Made by a program: the position numbers and the translations under genes. 64,000 nucleotides of DNA, from NCBI GenBank assembly GCA_951406725.2, contig OX597820.1:116808001-116872000 (forward strand), read 5' to 3'. The DNA is from Octopus vulgaris (lineage: Eukaryota). Each line of letters opens with the position of its first letter. Within the stretch, counting starts at the first letter, position 1. Below, piece after piece: positions 23,688-39,650 of this stretch. The notes under the pieces are model-generated. The model had not been told where the DNA came from, did no database searches, and saw only the letters and a list, made by a program, of their open reading frames with translations.

Positions 23688-26600
23688 AAAATGGAAAGGA
23701 ATTCTCTTTGAATAAATTTTGTTAGCAGAAAAACTAGGTAAATCTTTAGAAGAGTATTAAATGCCTCCACCTGCGTAGCTAAAGATGATTGAACAGTAAC
23801 TGATTAGCAAGCGTTAGTTCCTTTGTTTTTTCACTTGAAATCTTTGTAGCAAGCTTAGACAGAAATATGGTAAGTAAAAAAAAAACTTCATTAATAAAAC
23901 TATTACATCACATAAATGCAGAAACTGCAATTAGCAGTCATTAGAACAAAATATTAGTGAAATATTTAGGAAAGAGAAATTATCAATGTTTCTCATTTTA
24001 CAGGATGCACATTTTTTAAAATTTATTTATAGAATATATATATATATACACATATATATATTTTTTTTTACTTTTCACCACCCACTTTATCAGTTTTGAA
24101 CAGAGTCATTAAATCCTAAATAGTATTTAATCCAATGAAAAAAAAAAAAAAAATGTATCAACTGGACAAAATGTGCACATCAAAAATAGCAAATACAAAC
24201 TTTACACCGATTATACACAAAGTTTGGTTTCGGAATTAGTCCATAAACTTCAAAAGGTTTTCTTTAGAAATAAATAAAGGAATAAATACTATAAAAACGT
24301 TTTCCAAGTAGAAAACAAATTGAATCAACAGTTGCTTTGGCAATTTTAGGATGGAATTAGATTTCTTTGTATAGCAATATCTGATTTGATAAATGAAGAA
24401 ATATATTTTCATGGAGAAATGGAATTTTTATTCTAGCACAGATAAATTGTATGAAAATATATATGTTGTACCTACTTTGACTTCATAAGAGAAGAAAATA
24501 ACAGATTTTATACTGAATAGAAATATAGCATTCATAAATACATCAAAGTTCTGACATGGCCTGATAGAATAGTTTTATATTACACATAATATGACAAACA
24601 TGTAGCATGTGTAAGTCTTCATTTACATGGTTATGGAAATCTAGAACCAGAATCTCTAAGACAGTCTCTAAGACACTGAAGTTGAAATTTAAGAAAAAAC
24701 AAATTGAAATGTAGAGAGAAGAGAACATGCTTTTAAAGTCTGTTAGGATAATTAACACACTAATCAACTTGGTTTCTTTAGTTGAATTATTAATTCACTA
24801 TTCTTTGTAATTAGGAATTGGGTGGAATAATAAGAAAGACTCTCAAAAAGCCCAAAGCCAACTTGAGAAATCTCAACAAAGAAATAACTAGGTTAGTTTG
24901 GTTTACAGACATGGAATATTTGATTGGGAATCCTTTGGAATTACCATATTGGGAATCCTTTAGAATTACCATATCTCTGTAGTTAGAGTGAAGTGCTACA
25001 CTATCCATTGAAACTAAACTGTGAGCTTCTGACTCAGTTTTCACCTGAAGAGGATGAAGTGGTAATCCACGTTGCAAAGTACATTGAGCCTCTCTATACA
25101 TTCATTGACAGCCATAAGGTTCTACAAGAGTATGGCATGAATGAAGAAAATTCAAGAATTCACTACTGTTGCTATATCTTTGAAAACCCTCAACCAAATG
25201 TCTTTCTTACCAAGTCTCTCTCTCTCTCTCTTTAGGTGTTAGAAACTGATGTAAACATCATAAAAGTTTAAGTCATCAATCTACCTTAAATTTTCAAAAA
25301 TGCTTAAATCAAATTAATTGGATAAAATAAGTGTTTTTCATGAAATAAATCATTGTATAAAGAATATAGCTGTAAAACTGAAGAGCTCAATAACATCAAA
25401 ATATAGAAACAAAGTAGAAATCAGGTTTGTAGAGACAGCAGCTTATAAATCCGTTAACAGACGAAGTTAACTTCATAAAATTTCTTGCTTGTCAACAAAA
25501 GAAAACCTCTCGAACCAGGAAAAAAAAAATTAGCCATAAGGAAAAGAAAATCAGGTTTGTTTCTTGCTTTCTTAATAAAATAGCAACTCAATAATTATTT
25601 GTGAATAAATAAATTCATAAAGCAGATATTCTCTTCTATCAACACAACAATGACAAAATCGTAATACTAACTTGCAATATAATGCCAATTGTGAAGAGGA
25701 ATTTAACTGTGATTCATCTAAAATATGTGAAGAGGATTGGCGAGTCAAGAATCAAGAAGGTTTTATTAATTTTTTTGTTGTTTGGATAAACTAGAAATAT
25801 AAACACTGGACAAAAATTCAATAAATTCTTAACCAACAACCAATAAAATTTACCTGAAAAGCTAAGTGAGACATATTAGTGTATGAAGGGAAGAGATATT
25901 TAACATTTTAGACAAAAAGGCAAAAAAAAAAAAAAAAAAGGCCTTGTCCACAAAATTAGATATTTCTTCAAATAGGACGTTAACATAACTGATACTTTTT
26001 TCAGAATTTTCCTTGTTGACACAAACACACCACCTGTAGTCTCCTTGAATTCCGACGATTCTGTCTAAAAAGTTATAGACTATAATTCAATAATAATATA
26101 GAGGAACACACACACACAAACATTTAAATAGCACTCAGCTTTCAGTGTGTCTGTGTGTTAAACTGAAACTGAGGCTGACAGAAACTGTGATGAAGCTCGT
26201 TGGATGAACAAGTAAGTGAAATTCAGAGCTCCAGCCTGATGACACATTGTGTGGAGCTGTTCTAGTCTTGGAATTAAGTTAAAGACATACACACGTCTGT
26301 GGAATACTCAACCACTTACACAGTAATTTAACAAATAGTGTTCAGCAGAGTGAACATCAGTTCATTGTTGAAACCAATCGAGGATCCATCATCATGTTTA
26401 CATAGAATGTCGAGTTTTGAGGTATCATGAGGCACTGTGTCTTTGTGCTTGTATGAGGTTCAGCTTTTTCAATTGTGTGTCCCCATGATTGGCCGGGACT
26501 GCAGCTATGATTAAAACCAGTCACAAGACTCACAGTAATGTAGCAAGCAGATAACAAAAGGACAAATCACATCCACAAGTGACGCTAATTTCTACCGATT

Positions 26601-28589
26601 CCAACCAATTATAAAAATAATTTTTGAAAGACTACGACAAAAAGGAAACTCATTCTGCACCAGAATAATACAGCAAAATACTTAGAAATATCTTCAAACA
26701 TCTACTATTGGTTTTAATTTTTAAACTTTCTTCAAGCAAAGAGATATTCTATCACCTCTCAGTGACATCATGATTTCTCTAGCTGCCAATGTTTAGACAT
26801 CCATCATCATCATCATCATCATCTACTCCTAAAATGGCTGCAGTCAACACAAACCTTCTCAAGGAGTGAAATATTTAGAATGAAATATCCATGTAAAAAC
26901 TTCCATTAGTGTCTGTTGTCTGCTGGGCAGAAATACACTCGGCCGAAAGCAGTTATCTGCCTGTTATTTGATATAATATCAATTGCACAATATATTTGCC
27001 ATACGACAACTGTTGAAACAAAATGAATTGTGATTAAAAAAAAATAGAAAAGAAAGAAGTCACAGGTCATAAGAAATGTCAGATGGATAAAATATTAAAT
27101 TCTTTAAATTTTAATGACGATTCATTTAAGAGAAAACTCAAATCCAAGGAAGTAAAAAAAAAAATTACATTTTTTTTTACCTTTTTTCATTTTTAGTAGG
27201 TTCAAAATTGTTTTATTTAATGCTGTTAAGTCTTTTAATCAGAATTTCAAATAATTACAAGTTGTATAATGAGAGGAGATAAGTATTAAAATAAAAAATA
27301 AAATAAAATAAAAACAAATAAAAAATAATCAGTGTGGAAGAGATAAGAGTCTTCAATTGAAATGAAGAGAGCAGGAAAGCAACTTTCAGATCAAACACTT
27401 ACAGCAGCAGAAATGAAGTAAAATGAAAATTCTTCATTCACTGTTAAGCAGTTAAAGATTTCAGAAGGATTTATTCTGGTAGAATTGGATTTTTAAACAT
27501 TACCAAAAAAAAAAAAAAAAAGAAAGAAAAAAATTAAAAAAAAAAAAAAAAACCAACTTGTGAGGGCTAAAGTTTAGATAAAAAATATAAATAAACAAAA
27601 AAAATGATAAAAGACATCCAGAGAGAAAAAAATATAAAAAAAAAAAATCAACCTACAAAGGCCATGTATGTAGGTGTGAAGTTTGTAGATAAATAATTCG
27701 AACCAACAATCACTTCTTTTGAAAAGACAATTTTGGTTGAGAAATTAAATTGTTGACCAATAAGAATTGAACGAATCCTCAGGTTGAAGATAGAATAAAT
27801 GAGAGAGAGAGAGAGAGAGGGGGGAGGAGCAGTGTGAGGAAGAAAAGAACTAGAAAAAAAACCCAAGGGGAGAGGTGAGGTGGGATTGCATCAGCATATT
27901 GACAACATGGGGGGGACATACATGTATGGTTGTAGTTTAAGATGGATTGCATACACCAATGACATGATATGTGAGTATGCATACTCTGAGAATAGACAGG
28001 GGAAGAAACATTGAGACAATGATATGTGTAGGATCCTCAACAATATATGCATGTGTGTGTATGTGTGTGTGTGTGTATGGCTAGATACTTACATATACAT
28101 ACACACACACACATACATACATATATATACATAAACACACATGCATACATACACACATAAGATGGCTACAACCCAATTTCGAGTGATGCCATTGCCTGAT
28201 GGTTCTCTTGAAGAACAGTAGCGTAAATGTGGCTTTTCAGTCTTGTTAGGAACCAGCACACTTTCGCTCAAAAATGGCAACAATAGGCGCCGCCTGCAGC
28301 AAGAGTGTTCAGAGAGCTTACCACCCACACTGACATCTACCTTCGTTCCATCATGGAATTCTTCATTGAGTGTCTGCCATTTTTTGGCTACAGTCAGCCA
28401 AAATATGCAGCAAATAAGAGAGATGTTAAAAACCAAGCGATGTCTGGACATGAAGCATTTTAAAGTCAGGAAAGGCCTTGCACAGGGCCAATCCCATTCT
28501 CTAAACAATGTATGCTTTCACCCCTGCTTTGCAAAATCAACTAGTCTACATCATTGGATGCAAACACAGTTGCAGATGTTGCATTATAC

Positions 28590-31300
<2,711 letters not shown>

Positions 31301-31464
31301 ATAAATAAATCTCTAGCCAAACTGCTAGTTGAGAAAATATTCAAAGTCGTTGCCAATGCATTTTATGCATAAAAAAAGAAAATAATAATAATAATAATAA
31401 TAATAAACTTCGACAAGGCAACAGGAGCCGCGTCATTTTTTTTGGGGTGTTTTTGTTTGCTTTG

Positions 31465-31470
31465 TTTATT
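31465..31470 (-). terminator. Candidate proximal polyA signal of Mtl
   Basis: AATAAA on - strand about 175 nt after the stop, before the (TA)n tract. Confidence 0.4.
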
Positions 31471-31641
31471 TCATTTGTTCTATTTTTTTGTTATTTTTTG
31501 TTAATTTTTCTGTTTCATTTTAAACAATGTCTGCTTTGCTGGTCTATTAAGTAGGGAACTGAGTAGATCCGATGATCCATCTTGTCACGGAATTCCAGAA
31601 AAAGATGAGTGAGTTTTGATGATGAAAACAAAGAATGAATA

Positions 31642-31719
31642 TTACAGAAGCTGACATTTGGTTCTTGGTTTCCTAGGAGGTTGTGGTTGCAAAACTGCTC
31701 TGACTGCTTCTTCAAACAC
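31642..31719 (-). CDS. Mtl: Mtl-like GTPase, terminal coding exon
   Basis: ttttgcag|GTG acceptor. Encodes VFEEAVRAVLQPQPPRKPRTKCQLL-TAA, a polybasic tail plus CAAX box (CQLL, geranylgeranyl type). Confidence 0.95.
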   Translation of the reverse strand: MFEEAVRAVLQPQPPRKPRTKCQLL

Positions 31720-31872
31720 CTGCAAAAAAACAAAAAAACAATGTTTGACACTGGTTTTAATAATTTCCCTTTGGGACACCACCCCAAGGCCATTAATTAT
31801 GCTGGTGAGAAAACAGTCAATTATATTAATGGTGCTTGGTGCTGGTGCCAAATAAAAAGCACCCGGGGTACT

Positions 31873-32075
31873 CAGAAAGAATGATGGGGAGATAGAGAAT
31901 GAAAGAGGGAGAGAACAAGAGAGAAAAGAGAGTAAGAGGGAAAGAGAGAGAGAGAGAGCAAGGAGAGAGAAAAGAGGAGATAGAAAATGCAGAGACTAGC
32001 AAAAGGGAAATGTTTTTCTCTTTATTGAAAAGGGTCTCCAAAAGTGATTAACCTGCTTGAGTCCCCTCTGCGTAA
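31873..32075 (+). repeat. Local direct copy of 36448-36691 (Mtl exon end, donor and intron start)
   Basis: 31971-32075 is identical to the source except at 32048. Confidence 0.95.
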
Positions 32076-33099
32076 AGTGGTTGACAATAGGAAGGGCATC
32101 CAGCTGTAGAAATCAAGCCAAAGTGACAATGGAACTTGGTGTAGCTCCTGTCAAACCATCCAACCCATGCCAGCATGGAAAACGGATGACAAATGATGAT
32201 GATTAGGATTGTGATGATGGTCAGTACTTGAATGGTGTTTGTTTGAAGGATAAAAGGCCAAGTTGACTTCAGCCTCCAGTACCAGAACTAAATATTGCTC
32301 CCAATATAATCTTACGATTGCCACGTCCACCCCAGCTCTACTCACCTGGGACATCTCTTCTATCCATCGTTCCTATTAATCATTCTATCTCTTCCCTACA
32401 GTGAGTAACCATGCAGCTCTTCCACAAGAACCTGTTCTGCCCTATCCCTTTCTCTCATGCTTTAACCCCTCATCCCCTAACATAAAGCTAACCCCCAGCC
32501 CCCACCAGGGTTTAGAGTCTTGGGAACTGCATGGTGACCTCAATAGTGTTGGTGGCATGAAAAACAAAAAGGAGACAGGTTTGCTACAGCTGGATGCCTT
32601 TCCTGTTGCCAATCTGCACCGTTTTGCAAGCAAGGTAATATTTCATGAAAAATTGAAAATAAACAACCTCATTTGTATGATAATGATTCTCATTTACACC
32701 CACCATGTGATGTCTAGACATGGTACACACACACACACAAATATGATGGGCTTCTTTCAGTTTCCATATGCCAAATCCACTCACAAAGCATTGGTTGGTT
32801 CAGGGCGATAGTAGAAGACGCTTATCCAAGGCACTACACAGTGGGACTGATCTCAAGACCACATGCTTGGGAAGCAAGCTTCTTATTTCTTTATTGCCCA
32901 CAAGGGGCTAAACACAGAGGGGACAAATGGATTAAGTCGATTACATTGACCTCCAGTGCGTAACTGGTACTTAATTTATCGACCCCGAAAGGATGAAAGA
33001 CAAAGTCGATTCGGTGTAAAGACAGATGAAATACCACTGAGCATTTCGCCCGGCGTGCTAACGTTTCTGCCAGCTCACTGCCTTTATTTCTCTTTTTAC

Positions 33100-33216
33100 G
33101 TTTACAGCACTAGGTTTCCCAAGCAGTCACCCATCTAAGTACTAACTAGGCTTGACGTTGCTTAACTTTGGTGATTGGACGAGAACCGGTGCTTTCAACA
33201 TGATATGGCCTTAGGT
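33100..33216 (-). pseudogene. 5S rRNA pseudogene in an Mtl intron
   Basis: Minus strand CCTAAGGCCATATCATGTTGAAAGCACCGGTTCTCGTCCAATCACCAAAGTTAAGCAACGTC...AGTACTTAGATGGGTGACTGCTTGGGAA...GTGCTGTAAAC. Full length, with CpG-type decay, followed by an A-run rather than a T terminator. Confidence 0.9.
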
Positions 33217-34468
33217 AAGCCTCTTAATCACACAATTACTTCTTCCCCTGAATAGAAATATTTAATTCTAAATGTCGTCTGCAGCATGTCAGATCAGTTG
33301 GAGAAAGATTGAGGTCTGTCCTAAAGAGAAATCTCTACTACACAACGCTAGAACTAAGTACCGGCATTCATAGAAATTGCTGGAAACTAGAAGAAATTCA
33401 TTGCTTATACTATAGTGTACTCTTCACTGCAGCCATCTGACTTTGGTTTGGCCAGCTTCACATGACTGGTTTGCTTCACAGATCAAAGCGTTGGTTGATG
33501 GTTGATACCGACATATTTGTAACTTGAGTTTCAATATGTTGCATACAATAAGCAGCATGCGAAAACAGCTGCAGAGGAGACAAATGTCAGGTCATTGTGT
33601 ACCACAGACAAGATGACACAGGAATGAAAAGAATGGCAATATGCTGTGCTGCAAACCTGACCCAGCCCAAGCTAGAATAGTGAAGTGGAGGCTAAAAATA
33701 GACAAAGAAAAAAAAAACAACAAAACTGTTTCAACTGATAACAGTGGAAAGCAGAGTGAATATAGATAGAAACATTAACCGTTTCATGTAATTCAATTGA
33801 TTTTAAAATAGTTACGAGTTTTGAACAACCAAAGTAAGCAATGTATGTCGTTGACAGCAAGACACCTGTACCTGCCCCTCTATCACATTTTAATTATCAA
33901 CACCTGGCATAAAGTCACTTCCATCAATACTACTCCCCTTTTCAGTTGAGGGCCCTTGTCTCGCAGGTTACTTGGTGACCTCACTAGTGTTGGTGCTATA
34001 TGAAAAGCACCTGGTATACTGTGTAAGGTGGTTGGTGTCAAGAAGGGCATACAGCTGTGGAAAGCCCAACCAAAGTAGACATTGGAACTTGGTGCAGCAG
34101 TCCTCTTGTTTACCAGCATGGAAAATAGTCATGAAATGATGGAATTGAAAAAGTTTTTGGAACATTATTTTAAGTAGCTTTTAAGTTGTGATGGAAAACT
34201 TCAATTGATACATAACAGGGATTGACAAACAAACATCTCTTCAGTATTTAACCCAACAACCAGCCTCTTATATTCACCTCAAATCCAAAAACCATTTTTA
34301 TTTTCCTCATTTGCAACAACAAATGCAACAGCTCAAATGTCATAATTTTCAACTTGTTTCAATGTTTTGTCTAAAAATTTATAGGAAAATAAAAATAACA
34401 TAACCGTGTGTCATTAAAGTTTTGTCCTTGCCCCATTGAATATTTTTTTTGTTCATCATCAAAACAGG

Positions 34469-34843
34469 TGTAGCAAGGCACAAGAAGCCAGCACCATTTT
34501 GAACAAGATCTCAACTGGTAGCCATTGTCATGTGCGAGACAAGAACAAGATCTCTCCTGCAACCATTTGCCATGAGCGAGATGACAATGAGACTCTCGCC
34601 AGCAATCAGTATTTAAGCAAGAGAACAATGACATTCTCTCTCTCTCTCTTCTCATACTCAACGCCAAGAAACATTGTGAAGCCAGCAGCTCATAACGGAC
34701 TCTTGCCCCACCCTGACTCCACACGCTGCTATAAAGATGGTCACTGAAAGTAAACCACATGAACAAGAACTCTGTGAAATAAACGGCTATTGAATTGTAC
34801 TCCGCTTGTGAACTTCTTCGAGTTCCAGATCCTTGAAACTACA
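34469..34843 (+). mobile_element. Probable solo LTR
   Basis: TGTAG...CTACA termini, TATTTAA box at about 34609, AATAAA at about 34778. No clear TSD. Confidence 0.55.
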
Positions 34844-36668
34844 AAAATAACTATAATGGGAGAAGGAGATATGCCACAGGTACCGTGAACCTTCCATTCC
34901 ATTATACAGGTTTAAATGGAGGTTGAATTTAATTAACATTAAATTTTTGTATCATAAAACCAGGCGTCGTCTCAGGTGAGCTGGTATTATAAAGGTTATG
35001 CATAGATCTCAGAACATGCAGGTATATGGAATTAAAAGGACAGAAAATTTCTACCTGTGCCGGTGGCACGTAAAAGGCACCCACTACACTCACGGAATGG
35101 CTGGCGTTAGGAAAGGCATCCAGCTGTAGAAACTCTGCCAGATCAGACTGGAGCCTGGTGCAGCCTCCCGGCTTCCCAGACCCCAGTCGAACCGTCCAAC
35201 CCGTGCTAGCGCGGAAAACGGACGTTAAACGATGATGATGATGATTGGCTTAACTTTTACTTGACCCCTTAAGAAATTACACAACACTGACTTAGAAAGA
35301 AGACACATTAGATAACATAATCCAAGATAAACATTCATCATTATCATCATCATTGCTTTACTGTCCCCTTTTCCATGCTCACAAGGGTCAGATGTAGTTA
35401 GGTGAGGTGGATTTTCTATGGTTGGATGCTTTTCCTGTCACCAAACCTCACACGTTTCCAATTAAATAATATTTTCCCATGATCAGGCATGCTTTTTATG
35501 GAAGACTGGAAATGAAGGGCACCACGTGCATAATGATAGCATTTACTAACAATTATCACATGATAGGTGTTAGTGAGTGACACACACACACAACGGGCTT
35601 CTTTCAGTTTCTGCCAACCAAATCTACTCAAGGTTTTGGTCAGCCTGGTGCTATGCAAAAAACACTTGGCAAAGGTACCATGCAGTGAGATCGAACCTGA
35701 AACCATATGATTGGGAATGAAACTTCTTACCACATGGCCACACCTATCTAAGAGAAAATCCAAGTCAAAAACTGGTTAAAACTGGAATGTTTTCGATCAG
35801 AGTTAAGCTGCCATTAAGCAAGCTTTCATGATAAACAACAGCATATTGGATGGAGAAAGAGGAAAACTACAAGAACAGAAATGAACGACATTTTTGTTTT
35901 CCTATAAATTTTTGGACAATTCCACGTAAAAAACACCTTCTGAGCATGATTGTTGCCAGAACTACCTGACTGGCTCCTGTGCCGGTTACAAGCACCCACT
36001 ACACTCTCAGAGTGGTTGGCATTAGGAAGAGCATCCAGCTGTAGAAACTTTGCAAGATCAGACTGGAGCCTAGTGCAGCCTTCTGGCTTCCCAGACCCCG
36101 GTCGAACCGTCCAACCCATGCCAGCATGGAAAACGGACGTTAAACGATGATGATGATGTTTAAAGTATTTTTGTTGCTGTTGTTGTTAATGGGGGGAAGT
36201 AAAAATGGTTTTGGTTTTGAGGATGGAATAAGGTGAGGAACGTTCAGTTGAAAACTTGATTTTTTTTTTTGTTTCTTGAAATGCTATCAGCACAAATAAG
36301 TGGAAGTGGTTCACTATGTTTATGTTCTGGAAGATGAGAGATGATGGAGAGGAAGAGAGAAAAGGGTTTACAAGGAGGAAGAGTAGGAGGAGAGATAAAT
36401 GGAGAAAGTGAAAAAGAATGTAGAAAAAAAAACTGAAAGGAGAGAAACAGAAAGAAAGATGGGGAGATAGAGAATGAGAGAGAGAGAGGGGGAGAGAACA
36501 AGAGAGAAAAGAAAGGAAGAGAAAAGAGAGCAAGAGGGAGAGAGAGAGCAAGAGGGAAAGAGAGAGAGAGAGCAAGAAGGAGAGGGAAAGAGGAGATAGA
36601 AAATGCAGAGACTAGCAAAAGGGAAATGTTTTTCTCTTTATTGAAAAGGGTCTCCAAAAGTGACTAAC

Positions 36669-36829
36669 CTGCTTGAGTCCCCTCTGCGTAAGTGCTGAAC
36701 ACTCCATGTATTTCACAGCCCGGACCTTGTTAGCCATCTTGATTCCCTGTTCCCTTTTAATCGGAGATAAACCCTGTGAAGCTAGAGTCCCTATTGCTTC
36801 TTTATTCTCCCGTAAATCTATTTTTGTAC
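36669..36829 (-). CDS. Mtl: Mtl-like GTPase, third visible exon (absent from the ORF track)
   Basis: tttgtag|GT acceptor and CAG|gttagt donor. Encodes TKIDLRENKEAIGTLASQGLSPIKREQGIKMANKVRAVKYMECSALTQRGLKQ (G4 box, Rho insert, G5 CSAL). Confidence 0.95.
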
Positions 36830-37061
36830 CTACAAAAAGAAATAAAAGGAATAAAATTTTAAACTCTACATTTTACCATTTCTTGCTCCAAAGACATAAA
36901 AAAAAAAAGCATCAATTACGACAAAGATTTCAAAGACAAGCGCAAAATAACAAATATTCCGGGGAAAAGAAGAAGAGGAGTAACAGGAAGGACAATTGAC
37001 CAAAACATTACTATTTCTTAACTACCCACAAGGGGCTAAACACAGGGGACAAACAGATTAA

Positions 37062-37281
37062 CCCTTTCATTACTGTATTTATTTTGAGATGTTCTGTGTT
37101 TTTTTCAATTACTTTAAATATAACAAAGAATTTAGTAAAATAACTTAGTTATCATTCAGCTAGTGTTAGGAACATAAATTGTGACTAAAGTTTGGTGGAA
37201 GATTTTAATTCAAAACTTATGAAAACAAGACATTTGTACTCAGAGCCAGGGCCGGTTTCAGCCGGGTTGGTAACGAAAGGG
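37062..37281. mobile_element. piggyBac-type MITE nested in a SINE. Same family at 40653-40857, 63022-63241, 63273-63494
   Basis: TTAA|CCCTTTC...GAAAGGG|TTAA with shared interior. Confidence 0.9.
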
Positions 37282-39532
37282 TTAAGTCGATTATATCGAC
37301 CCCTGTGCATAACTGGTACTTATTTAATCGACCCCAAAAGGATGAAAGGCAAAGTCGACCTTGGCGGAATTTGAACTCAGAATGTAGTGGCAGACGAAAT
37401 ACCGCTAAGCATTTTGCCCAGTGTGCTAACGTTTCTGCCAGGGTAAATCAACTTATTGACTTCTTCAAGGAAGTCTCTCACTCTCTGATGGATTCATCTC
37501 TATTGCTAATCTATAGACCACAACCAACTTCTTCAGATTCTCAATGTTTACACTTCTCTATCTACCACTTCTCTGCCTTACAACAACCTGGCTACAACAG
37601 CCTCAGCTCTTCTAGACCAACTACATACATACCTCCTTTGCCTGGCTCCACCCAACAACACTAGTCTTTCTTCTTTCTGTCCCTTCTTATTTCTTTATTG
37701 CCCACAAGGGGCTAAACACAGAGGGGACAAACAAGGACAGACAAACGGATTAAGTCGATGAGATCAACCCCAGTGCGTAACTGGTACTTATTTAATCGAC
37801 CCTGAAAGGATGAAAGGCAAAGTCGACCTCGGCAGAATTTGAATTATCTAATTTTAGTTCTGAACCAGAAATAGATGACAGATGGCCAGAGTTTGATATC
37901 AGGCGTCTTGCTCCAGTCTCTGCTCATTTCTATTTTTGATAGTTTAGCCTTTAGTTTTCAAAAAAATTGCTATTTTTAGAATTACAAAAAGCTCCATGAA
38001 GCCACGCTCAGCCATGCTTGCATAAAGCTGAGCACAATTCTGAGATGTTGGTACTTGGTTAAATTACCTCTGTTGTTAGTTTAGCCTCAGTTTATATTGC
38101 TGTGTTAACCATTGGTGCAGGGCATGGTTGTGTAGTTAAGAAGGTTGATTAGCAACTGCATGATTTTGGATTCAGTATCACTGTGGAGTACTTTGAACAA
38201 ATGGCTTCTACTATGGCCTTGGGACAATCAATGCCTTGTGAATGAATTGAGTACACAGAAATCATGAGGAAGCCTGTTGACAGCCAGTGTTGGTTTGTTT
38301 ATGTCCTTGTAACTTAGGAATTTGACAAAAGAGAATGATACAATAAGAACCAGACTTAAAAATAATGGGGCTGATTTGTTTGACTTAAGCTCTTGAAAGC
38401 AGTGTCCCATCTTGGCCACAGTCCAATGACTCAAACAAGTAAAAGATTAAATCACCATTCTAGTTTTTTCTTATAATTGGATATCCATTTTTTTTTATAT
38501 CAGAATTAAAATCGGTTAAAATTTTTCAAATAAAAGGGAAAAGAAACTAGTGGAGGTCCTTGGCAAAGTTTGAATTTATAAAAGCATCAAAGAAAGAACA
38601 ATTGGGATTCTATTGGATTAACAGGTTTGGAAAATATTCAAAGACATCTAATCTAACCAAACAGACTTTCATTGGTTTGAATATATGGATAGCAAAGACT
38701 TGTGAGCAGCAGAGACTTAAAAGGCTATCAGAATCCCTACAGTTCTTTAATTTACAAACATTGACATTATTTCAACCAAAATTTATTGACATAGAAGGAA
38801 GAACCAACCAGTTCTACAGAGGTAATTTTGAACCAGTGGCAGAGGTTGCTGCATAATTGTTTGACTTACTAGAAATAGCAACCAATATCCCCTCAAATCA
38901 TACTCTGCCCATCTTAAGGACATTTAAGATAATGGTCCTGGGTATAAGGTATGAAATAAAGCCAGAATAATCCTGAATGAAATATCTTTGATCCTATGGC
39001 TGTATATTTAGATCTCACCAGGGGTTAAATAACAACAGAATCAATTTAACCAGAATATTGTGAGACAAATATTGCTCTCGCTCAATTCTTGTTACTAAAC
39101 TATGTCACTGTTGAGTATTTGAAAGTGAACACAGAGTGAACTGTAGTTACATAAAGTCTACCTTGGTTCCACAACCAGCTAAGAACATTAGGCTGGCGAA
39201 TGAGAAAACTGCAGATATTGAATTTTATAGCTAAGTCCAAGTGGGAAAATAAAGAAAATTAACATCTGAAACTAGAAAAATTAAATTTCATAGTGACAAC
39301 AATTGTAAATGCTAAACAATTTCACAAAGAAAGAAAAAATTAATGATTTGAGTTTCAATGAAACATTTTAGAATATTTGGTTATCATTCCACCAATATTT
39401 TTTTCTGTCTGTCATAAGAATCTCTTCAGAGACATTATGCTGAAGAAATAAGACAAGCTTCTATCTACAGTTATACTCATAAGCTATTCTGCAAACAGTT
39501 TAGTTGAGTCATGTGACACAAAGTTTACTTAC

Positions 39533-39650
39533 CAACCAATATGATTGGTGCATCTGGACAATGGTGTTTAATCTCTGGGTGCCATTTAGTTAGAACATTT
39601 TCATGTGAAGACGGGCTAACAACACTGAAGCATATCAAAAATACATCAGT
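39533..39650 (-). CDS. Mtl: Mtl-like GTPase, second visible exon
   Basis: ttccag|ACT acceptor and G|gtaagt donor. Encodes [39 protein letters not shown](G); [16 protein letters not shown] is as in Drosophila Mtl. Confidence 0.95.

Noticed and set aside
26187-26262. C/D snoRNA (GTGATGA...CTGA) or hammerhead (CTGATGA-caca/tgtg)
   Set aside because: Box spacing is short with no terminal stem, GAAA is missing after the stem, and it lies antisense to Mtl.
33100-33216. Functional 5S rRNA gene
   Set aside because: Solitary, with many transitions that break helices and no T-run terminator.
36673-36999. 108-aa plus-strand ORF
   Set aside because: It is the antisense shadow of the Mtl exon 36669-36829.
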